Virus record (IMG/VR): IMGVR_UViG_3300034954_001721
Direction: 5' to 3' (one strand)
DNA length: 64,000 nucleotides
Origin: a virus
Shown here: piece by piece, positions 46,769 through 54,398 of the stretch
Numbering within the stretch: the first letter of the stretch is position 1
Layout: each line of letters opens with the position of its first letter
Notes under the pieces: generated by a model
What the model saw: the letters and a program-made list of their open reading frames with translations, nothing else
The model's database searches: none
What the model was told of the DNA's origin: nothing
Made by a program: the position numbers and the translations under genes

Positions 46769-49700
46769 ATGGGCATAAAAGTACGGCATAATGGACAATG
46801 GGTAGAATTCACACCTCCTAGTAGTGGTGGTGTTGGTGTTGGTACTACAGATAGGATTTCTGAAGGAAATTCAAAAGCAGAAATAATTGATACTGCAACT
46901 GAATCTAAATTCACTGTAGAAATTGATGCTGCGGAAAAATTTTCTGTTGATATTGGTGGTCCAAAAATACATAGACAAGATAATTCTATTGAAGGTGGGT
47001 CTATAGTATTCAATAGAGCAGCAGATGATGTTGCTGCTTTTGAACTTGATGTTTATGGATCATCAAGTTCTGATTCGGGTAGATTTAGAATTGTAGATTC
47101 TACTGGTGGTGTAGAAAGATTTGCGATCGGACCTTCTGGACAAATTGGTCTTAGTGGTGCTAACTATGGAACCTCTGGTCAAGTATTAACTTCTAATGGT
47201 TCATCTAGTGCTCCTACATGGCAGACTGTTTCTGGTGGTTCTGGTGGTGGAGGAGAACCTGTAGGTACTATTATTGCTTGGTCTGGAACAGTAGCAACTA
47301 TTCCAACTGGATATCAACTCTGCGATGGTTCTGCAGCATCAACATCAGAACTTCAAGCAATCACTGGTCCTAATGTACCTGATTTAACAAACAGATTCAT
47401 TATTGGTGCCGATGCTGATGCTACAATTAATAGTGTCGTACTCCCAACAACATCAATAACTGGTTCTGCAACAACAACTGGTGGAAGTAAGGATGCTGTT
47501 GTTGTTTCACACACTCATTCATATAATGATAGGTCAAATTCACAAGGAAATCCCAATAGTGTAACCGGAGGTCCTAGTGCGATTAATGACGGAGTGTTAC
47601 CATCTACAACAGGAAATGCATCGGGAGGAGTAGTTGGAACCAATAAAAACCTTCCACCATATTATGCTCTCTGCTATATCATCAAGCACAGTGCAACAAG
47701 TGGTTCTGGTTCTAGTGGTGGTGGAATTGAATTATTATCACCAAAAACGGCAACTGGAACATCAGTAGAATTTACTGATATTCCTGCAGGTGCAAAAGAA
47801 ATTACATTAATGCTCAGTGAGGTTGGAATCTCAGATGATACTAATCATCTGTTAGTACAATTGGGAACAAGTTCTGGTTGGATTAACACTGGATATTATG
47901 CTTCTTCTGAAGCGGAAAATGGGACTACTGATGTTTCTGCTAGTGATGGATTCCCAATTCATAATGTCAATGATACAGATTCTGCCGGTAACCGTTTTAC
48001 TGGTTCCATGATTATCAATCTGTTTAAAACAAGTCCATCTAAGACTTATACTCAGATTGGACAATTTAAAAGATACAATAATTCTAACGATTGCGAAGAT
48101 TGTAGTAGTGCATGTCAAACTTATGGTAATTTAGATTCAATCAGTAATAATGCTGAAATAACCAGAATAAGAGTGCTTGCTAACCATACTGGTAGTGGTC
48201 AAAGCTTTACAAATGGTGAAATTAATATTTCATATAAGACTAGTGGTGTTGGTTCCACTAATAAAATAACTCAAGGAAATACATCAGCAGAAGTTGTAGA
48301 CACAGGTTCTGATGGTCACTTTAAAGTTACAACAGAGGGTACAGAAAGACTCCGTATAAAGTCTGACGGTTTTGTTAGTGTTAAAGATAGTAGTGTAAAC
48401 GACTTTCTTGTAATTCAACCCACACAAGTATTTGAATGGTATACACCTAGTGGTTACACCAGACAATTGAGTTCTCAGATTGGGACTCAAATTACCAGCG
48501 GCATTGTACCCAATAATGCAACAAGAAATACAGATGCTTTAGTTTATGATTATTGTTGGGATAATTATGATATTTTTGATTTAGATGGTGATGGTATAGT
48601 TTCATATACAGACGCATTATTATTCTTTAGATATTACGCTAATACTGCTGATTCTTCACTAATTGGCACTCAAACGAATGTATGGTCATCAAGAGCAACT
48701 AGAAATGACCATACATCAATTAGACAGTTTATGTCGAAATATGATAGTATAGAAAATACTAATACATCTTATAGTGCAGCATCAAAAAGTATATCAGGAG
48801 TTACTACTTCTACATCCACTAAGGTATTAGGTATTGGTGCTTCTGTTAGTGGAACGGATATTCCTGCAGGATCATTTATTGAATCTATTCAAGTTGGTGC
48901 AATAACAATAAATCAAAATCCAACAGGCACTCAAACAAATGCAACAATCACTATTGGAAATGGTGCCCATGATATTGATGGAGATGGTACGTTCAATCAG
49001 TTTAGTGATGGACTTATTCTCCTGAGAATTTTTTCTGGATCATCATCACCATCAGCTGATACACCTGAAGATTATGAATCATATGATTTCAATAATGATT
49101 CATTTTTAAATCCTGATGATGGTGGTGTAGCACAGTTTAGAATTTTAAGACAAGGCGTTGGTATTGGAACAACACAACCTGATAATAGGTTGCAAGTAGG
49201 TACAGGTAATAGTTCTTTTAATGTTACTGATTTAGGTTTGGTTGGTATTGGAACTGATAACCCAATATATAAATTGGACGTTCTTGGGACTAACGTACTT
49301 GCAAATATAAAAAGTACAAATAATAACTACGTCCTTCAATTTGCTGGAAATAACTGTCCATATGATGTATATGTAGGAACAGATAATGCAAATAATTTCC
49401 TTTTTGCTAATGAAAATAATGATGGAACATTTTCAGAAAGACTTCGTATTGGATCTGCTGGACAAATTGGTCTTAGTGGAGCAAATTATGGAACGCCAGG
49501 TCAAGTATTAACTTCTGGTGGTTCTAGCGCAAATGTTACTTGGACTACTCCTTCCTCTGGTGGACTGTCACAATTAAAGGTCAGACAATTTACTAGTAAC
49601 ACTACATATACTCCAACTAGTGGTGCTACACATTTTATTGTTTATGCAACTGGAGGTGGTGGAGGTTCTGGTGGTGGTACACCTACTGGTGGTGCAGGTG

Positions 49701-50164
49701 GTGGGGGCACTGCTATCCGTGCATATAATTCTACACAAATGGGCAGCAGTGCCTCTATAACGATAGGTGGTGGAGGTTCTGGTGGTAGTGCTAGTAGTAG
49801 TGATTGGAATCTCAATAATGGTAGTCATGGTGGAGATACCACATTCAATCCTGGTGGCACTGGTACTACAATAACAGGTGGTGGTGGAAGAAGATCAACT
49901 GCTACTGGTGGTGGTGCAGGAGGAACTGCAACAAATGGACAGTCCAATTTGACTGGAATGAGTGGAGCTAGTACACGAGTTATTGGTGGGTTGAATAGCG
50001 AATCTACTCCTGCTGCTGGAGGATCATCACACTTTCAACATAGAGGTCATGGGGGTGATGGTGCATATGGATATTCGGCTGATAATCAAGATGATGTTTC
50101 GTATTCTGCAGGTTCTGGAAATTCTGGAACTGCCGGTATAGTTATTGTTTATGAATATGGTTAA
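46769..50164 (+). CDS. Tail fibre protein with collar domain, dockerin-like repeats and Gly-rich C-terminal domain
   Basis: Collar PVGTIIAWSG...; DLDGDG and DIDGDG motifs; FTSxxTYTPxxG...GGGGG...GxVxVYEY C-terminus. Confidence 0.78.
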   Translation: MGIKVRHNGQWVEFTPPSSGGVGVGTTDRISEGNSKAEIIDTATESKFTVEIDAAEKFSVDIGGPKIHRQDNSIEGGSIVFNRAADDVAAFELDVYGSSSSDSGRFRIVDSTGGVERFAIGPSGQIGLSGANYGTSGQVLTSNGSSSAPTWQTVSGGSGGGGEPVGTIIAWSGTVATIPTGYQLCDGSAASTSELQAITGPNVPDLTNRFIIGADADATINSVVLPTTSITGSATTTGGSKDAVVVSHTHSYNDRSNSQGNPNSVTGGPSAINDGVLPSTTGNASGGVVGTNKNLPPYYALCYIIKHSATSGSGSSGGGIELLSPKTATGTSVEFTDIPAGAKEITLMLSEVGISDDTNHLLVQLGTSSGWINTGYYASSEAENGTTDVSASDGFPIHNVNDTDSAGNRFTGSMIINLFKTSPSKTYTQIGQFKRYNNSNDCEDCSSACQTYGNLDSISNNAEITRIRVLANHTGSGQSFTNGEINISYKTSGVGSTNKITQGNTSAEVVDTGSDGHFKVTTEGTERLRIKSDGFVSVKDSSVNDFLVIQPTQVFEWYTPSGYTRQLSSQIGTQITSGIVPNNATRNTDALVYDYCWDNYDIFDLDGDGIVSYTDALLFFRYYANTADSSLIGTQTNVWSSRATRNDHTSIRQFMSKYDSIENTNTSYSAASKSISGVTTSTSTKVLGIGASVSGTDIPAGSFIESIQVGAITINQNPTGTQTNATITIGNGAHDIDGDGTFNQFSDGLILLRIFSGSSSPSADTPEDYESYDFNNDSFLNPDDGGVAQFRILRQGVGIGTTQPDNRLQVGTGNSSFNVTDLGLVGIGTDNPIYKLDVLGTNVLANIKSTNNNYVLQFAGNNCPYDVYVGTDNANNFLFANENNDGTFSERLRIGSAGQIGLSGANYGTPGQVLTSGGSSANVTWTTPSSGGLSQLKVRQFTSNTTYTPTSGATHFIVYATGGGGGSGGGTPTGGAGGGGTAIRAYNSTQMGSSASITIGGGGSGGSASSSDWNLNNGSHGGDTTFNPGGTGTTITGGGGRRSTATGGGAGGTATNGQSNLTGMSGASTRVIGGLNSESTPAAGGSSHFQHRGHGGDGAYGYSADNQDDVSYSAGSGNSGTAGIVIVYEYG

Positions 50165-50178
50165 AGGAGGTAATTAAA

Positions 50179-50544
50179 ATGGCAAATTATGCAATTATAG
50201 AAAATCAAACAATTACTAATGTAGTAGAATGGGATGGAGATACTAACAACTGGTCTCCTCCAGATGGTTCTATCGCAATTCTTTTAGATACTACTAACAT
50301 AGGAATAGGAGATAGTTATGTCGGAGGAAATTTTGTAAAGACAGATATTTACACAACTGCTGAACGTTGGCAGGGTCTAAGAAATATGAGAAATGGGCTT
50401 TTAGCAGAAACTGATTGGTCACAATTAGGAGACATTCCTGTAGGAATTAAGAGTTCATATCAAAAATATAGACAAGAACTACGCGATTTACCTGCAAATA
50501 TATCAGAACCTCGTAATGTCACATGGCCAGAGCATCCAGAATAA
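50179..50544 (+). CDS. Tail fibre assembly chaperone-like protein
   Basis: LRNMRNGLLAETDW...YRQELRDLP...WP.HP; AAGGAGG SD. Confidence 0.75.
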   Translation: MANYAIIENQTITNVVEWDGDTNNWSPPDGSIAILLDTTNIGIGDSYVGGNFVKTDIYTTAERWQGLRNMRNGLLAETDWSQLGDIPVGIKSSYQKYRQELRDLPANISEPRNVTWPEHPE

Positions 50545-51110
50545 AAGTAACAGCATCTCTGCAAAAACAATTAGAAGATAATATAAACTTTGATGAAATA
50601 AATTATTTTGTTAGAAGAGATGGAGAAGGTGAATCTAAATTTTTTCCTGAATGGGAGAATGAAATTTCCGAAGAAAAATTAATTTCGATTAAATCAAAGA
50701 ATCTTATTCTTGACACTTCAGGTAATAAAAATTTAGTCCATTTTCCAAGAAAACATGCTATTAGAATAAAACCGATAATAAAATCATTGTTTCCAAATAG
50801 GAAGATAAGAACAAGTGGATTTTTTTATTATCCTAAGACTGGATATATGGGATGGCATACAAATTGTAGTACACCATCTGATACACTTTATGTTACATAT
50901 TCAACAGGTGTTTCATTTTTTAGATATTATGATGGGGAGAAAGTTGTAACAGATTATGATGATTGTGGATTTACTATTAGAAAGTTTAAAAATAGAGCAC
51001 AAAAACCATATTTCTGGCACTGTGTAGGAAGTGATTGTGATAGATTTAGTTTTGGTTTTCGATTATTCGGTGGTTGTGAAGAAGGGAGTCTAGAAACTCC
51101 TCCCTCTTAA
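50523..51110 (+). CDS. Cupin / 2OG-Fe(II) oxygenase-like protein
   Basis: YYP..GYMGWHTN ... FWHCV....RFSFGF suggests a double-stranded beta-helix with His ligands. Confidence 0.55.
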   Translation: MARASRIKVTASLQKQLEDNINFDEINYFVRRDGEGESKFFPEWENEISEEKLISIKSKNLILDTSGNKNLVHFPRKHAIRIKPIIKSLFPNRKIRTSGFFYYPKTGYMGWHTNCSTPSDTLYVTYSTGVSFFRYYDGEKVVTDYDDCGFTIRKFKNRAQKPYFWHCVGSDCDRFSFGFRLFGGCEEGSLETPPS

Positions 51111-51426
51111 TTACGTAAAATAAACTTTCATATATGTTATTATTTTTCATTTTTACTATTCTGTGATTTCCATCTATCAATCTATATTTTAAATTGAGTG
51201 GATTTTCACATTCACAAACTATTCCTGGAAATGATGTATCACATTTTTCATATCTTTTTTGATTGGAAATTCCTTTATATGCAATTTCTGAGTGCTTTAT
51301 TGTTGTCAAACGTTCATCAAAGAGAAAAGGTTTCAAATAAAATAAATCAATTACACAATTATTACCATTGATACTCCAATCTCCACAAAATTTGCTATTT
51401 GTACAAACATGAAATCCTTTTAACAT
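51046..51426 (-). CDS. ParB/sulfiredoxin-like N-terminal domain protein
   Basis: PGIV......YRLIDGNHRIVK; a minus-strand gene within a long plus-strand block. Confidence 0.55.
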   Translation of the reverse strand: MLKGFHVCTNSKFCGDWSINGNNCVIDLFYLKPFLFDERLTTIKHSEIAYKGISNQKRYEKCDTSFPGIVCECENPLNLKYRLIDGNHRIVKMKNNNIYESLFYVIKREEFLDSLLHNHRIIENQN

Positions 51427-51473
51427 TACACTTTCGCTTGTATACTTAAATAAATATAAGAAAAAAAATTATA

Positions 51474-52385
51474 ATGGGAACTAAAATTAGAGTTGATGGT
51501 GAATGGGTTGATTTAGAAATTAACAGCACAGTTTCTCCTGATGGTCTTGATGGATCTTGGACAACTACCAGTAAACAGCATGATACGTATTATACTAATG
51601 GAGCATCATTAATCTATGTAAGTGCAATTTTTAGGGTTAAGACAATTGGTAATGATAGTAATGGCGTAACAGCAGGTAGTAGTGCTTGGGTATATGTATC
51701 TGACCCAGGTGAAACTGGAACAAATCTTTCAAACTATACTAATATATCTAGAGTGAGAGATAATGGAACAGCAGATGCAGAAAATCTTTATCTAAATGTA
51801 AGATTTTTTGTTCCACCATCATGTAAGTATATTGTAAAACTGTATAATAGCAGTTTATCTGATTGGGGTAATAATAGTAGAATTTCCACACTTTCTTGGA
51901 ATGAATTTGGTATTAATTTGAAAACTCCAGATCATAATTTTACTTCATTAGATTCTAATAGTAATAATTTTCAGCGTTGTGGTAAAGCACCCTCAACAGC
52001 TATAATCAATGCTTCCAATTCTGTGACGAATGGATGGTCAGATTTTATGGAGGAGTTTGCAGTATGGCATGAACCTGGAAATGTTGGAACACTTAGTCAA
52101 GCATATTCAACAACATATACAATAAATATCACAAAAGCAGGTGATTATACATTAGAATATGGTATAGATGATTTTGGAAGCATAACTTTTGATGGAACAC
52201 AAGTTGCATCAGCTGTTGAAGCTGATGCAACATGGACAAATGATCCACCTAGCTCTGTTACATTATCAAATGTAAGTATTGGGTCGCATACATTAGTTGT
52301 AACCGTAACTAATAGTCCAAATTCAAATGCTTGGGATACCAATCCTGCAGGCATTGCATGGAGACTTAAACCTTTTGGAACCTAA
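51474..52385 (+). CDS. Virion-associated protein, paralogue A (RDNG/FFVP domain plus a PA14-like C-terminal part)
   Basis: TAAATA at about 51451; AGDYTLEYGIDDFGSITFDG, NPAGIAW. Confidence 0.55.
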   Translation: MGTKIRVDGEWVDLEINSTVSPDGLDGSWTTTSKQHDTYYTNGASLIYVSAIFRVKTIGNDSNGVTAGSSAWVYVSDPGETGTNLSNYTNISRVRDNGTADAENLYLNVRFFVPPSCKYIVKLYNSSLSDWGNNSRISTLSWNEFGINLKTPDHNFTSLDSNSNNFQRCGKAPSTAIINASNSVTNGWSDFMEEFAVWHEPGNVGTLSQAYSTTYTINITKAGDYTLEYGIDDFGSITFDGTQVASAVEADATWTNDPPSSVTLSNVSIGSHTLVVTVTNSPNSNAWDTNPAGIAWRLKPFGT

Positions 52386-52394
52386 AGAAATAAA

Positions 52395-52874
52395 ATGCCA
52401 ATAAGAGTTAGAGAAGGAAACACTTGGAAATTAGTTGCAAATCCTACAGGAATTTCTGATACTGTAACGGGTAGTTATGAGTATTATGGACCTGGTGAAA
52501 CGACCGAAAAAGTTGCTAATACATCATATACAAATAATACAACCAAACTTATTCATGTTAGTGCCACAATAGGTATAGATAGAAATGCATCAATTGGTAG
52601 TGGCAATAATGCAAAGGAACTTATTGCAGGAAGTTACATTCTTGCATCAATAACTTCTCCACAAAATGTAACTACTGAAGTTGCTAACATTAGAGATAAC
52701 GGTAGTATAAACACACAATATTTGTTTTTAAATCCACAATTTTTTGTACCTGTTGGATATAGTTACATAATTAAATTGTATGATTCTGATGATAATCATT
52801 GGTCAGATAATACAACTTATCCAAACGCTGTAGAAACATTTGCTTGGTCAGAATTTAAATTTCAATTACAATAA
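52395..52874 (+). CDS. Virion-associated protein, paralogue B
   Basis: YTNNT.KLI.V...GIDR...EVA..RDNG...QFFVP...VET..W.EF.FQ. Confidence 0.55.
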   Translation: MPIRVREGNTWKLVANPTGISDTVTGSYEYYGPGETTEKVANTSYTNNTTKLIHVSATIGIDRNASIGSGNNAKELIAGSYILASITSPQNVTTEVANIRDNGSINTQYLFLNPQFFVPVGYSYIIKLYDSDDNHWSDNTTYPNAVETFAWSEFKFQLQ

Positions 52875-53350
52875 TGGCAGTACATCTTAGAAAAAATGGA
52901 GTCTGGACTAATATCACTTTTGATATTACACCATTTGCTGTTGGCGGAACCTGGAGTGATGAAACAAGTAATAGACTTTATAGAGATACTAGTGATACTG
53001 ACATAGAACAGGCAAAAAGAATATACACAAATAATACAGGTAAATTAATTCTTGTTCGTGCCGTACCGGGGATAGACAGAGTTGCTAGAGGTTTGTCTAC
53101 TAATGATATTTCTGGATCTTATGCGATTGCATATGTAGATGACGTGGAAGTTGCTAGATTTAGAGATAATGGAACAAATTCAGCAGATAAACTTAGAATT
53201 GAACTTCAGTTCTTTGTTCCAAATTATAGTGAATATTATATAAAAGTTTTTAAGAAAAATCATAACCAGAGTCAGACTTGGCAGGGTGATGACTCCAATG
53301 GTAACACGTATGTTGAAACAATTGAGTGGTTTGAATTTACATTTCAGTAA
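52874..53350 (+). CDS. Virion-associated protein, paralogue C
   Basis: Same motifs as paralogue B. Confidence 0.55.
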   Translation: MAVHLRKNGVWTNITFDITPFAVGGTWSDETSNRLYRDTSDTDIEQAKRIYTNNTGKLILVRAVPGIDRVARGLSTNDISGSYAIAYVDDVEVARFRDNGTNSADKLRIELQFFVPNYSEYYIKVFKKNHNQSQTWQGDDSNGNTYVETIEWFEFTFQ

Positions 53351-53355
53351 CACCC

Positions 53356-53384
53356 TTGACTACCCACCTCAAATACGTTATAAT
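53356..53384 (+). promoter_or_regulatory. sigma70-type promoter for the small-ORF/tRNA unit
   Basis: TTGACT-17 nt-TATAAT. Confidence 0.75.
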
Positions 53385-53407
53385 ATCTGGGTAGTCAAGA
53401 CAAGCAC

Positions 53408-53605
53408 ATGAACGAAACTTATGTTGCTGGCGTCGTCATTGATGTCTGTACTCGTTCTTTTCTCCTCTTCAGCGATGCAGGAGATGAAAAAATGGTAAAA
53501 TGTGAAACTGCTGAGCAGTTTATGAATGTGCTAGAAGTTTGCACTTCTCATCTTAATGATGATCAGATTGAATATGCAAATTTAACAGTAGCAGGAGAGA
53601 TTTGA
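53408..53605 (+). CDS. Conserved cyanophage hypothetical protein
   Basis: VVIDVCTRSF.L.SD.GDEK.V.C.T.EQFM.VLE. Confidence 0.6.
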   Translation: MNETYVAGVVIDVCTRSFLLFSDAGDEKMVKCETAEQFMNVLEVCTSHLNDDQIEYANLTVAGEI

Positions 53606-53778
53606 TGGAAGTATTTACAATTGAGGAATGGGAAAAAAACTTTGATGAACTCTTCGCAAGAGTTGAAAATGGAGAAACAATAGGTATAGTCAAAGAAGAT
53701 GGACAGGCAGCAGTAATGATGCCTGCCGATGATGAAATTGTGCGAATATACACAGAGCAAAATAACGAAGCTCAGTAA
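53605..53778 (+). CDS. 57-aa Phd/YefM-antitoxin-like protein
   Basis: Read by hand: MEVFTIEEWEKNFDELFARVENGETIGIVKEDGQAAVMMP...; AGGAG SD; TGATG coupling. Confidence 0.55.
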   Translation: MEVFTIEEWEKNFDELFARVENGETIGIVKEDGQAAVMMPADDEIVRIYTEQNNEAQ

Positions 53779-53789
53779 TTTCATCATCT

Positions 53790-53861
53790 GGGACTATCGC
53801 ATATTGGTTAATGCCCACTGCTTATAACGGTGTGAACTGGGTTCAATTCCCAGTAGTCCTA
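53790..53861 (+). tRNA. tRNA-Ile (anticodon UAU)
   Basis: Acceptor GGGACTA/TAGTCCT, D arm GCAT/ATGC, anticodon arm CACTG-CT TAT AA-CGGTG, T arm CTGGG-TTCAATT-CCCAG. Confidence 0.85.
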
Positions 53862-53864
53862 TTT

Positions 53865-53937
53865 GCTTCCTTAGCAATCTGGTGAATGCAGCAAACTCAT
53901 AATTTGCCTAAGGAGAGTTCGATCCTCTCAGGAAGCA
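53865..53937 (+). tRNA. tRNA-Met (anticodon CAU; elongator Met, Ile2 not excluded)
   Basis: GCTTCCT/AGGAAGC, GCAAA-CT CAT AA-TTTGC, GAGAG-TTCGATC-CTCTC. Confidence 0.85.
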
Positions 53938-53942
53938 CCTAA

Positions 53943-54027
53943 GCGAGTGTGGCGGAATCGGTAGACGCACCAGACTTAAAATCTGTTGGGAGTTAATCCC
54001 GTGGGGGTTCAAGTCCCCCCACTCGCA
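53943..54027 (+). tRNA. tRNA-Leu (anticodon UAA)
   Basis: GCGAGTG/CACTCGC, CAGA-CT TAA AA-TCTG, long variable arm, GGGGG-TTCAAGT-CCCCC. Confidence 0.9.
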
Positions 54028-54051
54028 CTAAATACCTAAAAAAGAAGTATC

Positions 54052-54363
54052 ATGAAGAACACTTTTGAAGTTGGTTCATCTTTTGTGTGGTACAACGACG
54101 AGAAAATTGTTGTAAAGATGTACTTCTTGAATGATATCCCTTTTACTTTTGATGAGATGCCAGATGGTCATCTATGGGACCAGGATTTAGTTAGAGAAGC
54201 AAACGGAAATAGAAGTTTTGAAGTAGAGGACGTTTATAGAGGTTCTAATTATCTTATCATGGAAGGATGCCATCCTTGCTTTGACAATATTGATATTTCT
54301 AACCCCGAAGTATTACCAGATGACCTTCTGTCATATTTTGATGAAGAAGATTTAAGGGGATAA
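54052..54363 (+). CDS. Conserved cyanophage hypothetical protein
   Basis: KMYFLNDIPFTFDE, YLIMEGCHPCF; TAAATA at about 54030. Confidence 0.6.
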   Translation: MKNTFEVGSSFVWYNDEKIVVKMYFLNDIPFTFDEMPDGHLWDQDLVREANGNRSFEVEDVYRGSNYLIMEGCHPCFDNIDISNPEVLPDDLLSYFDEEDLRG

Positions 54364-54398
54364 ATAAAACATAGAAATACAATGGTTGTCAGAATAAG

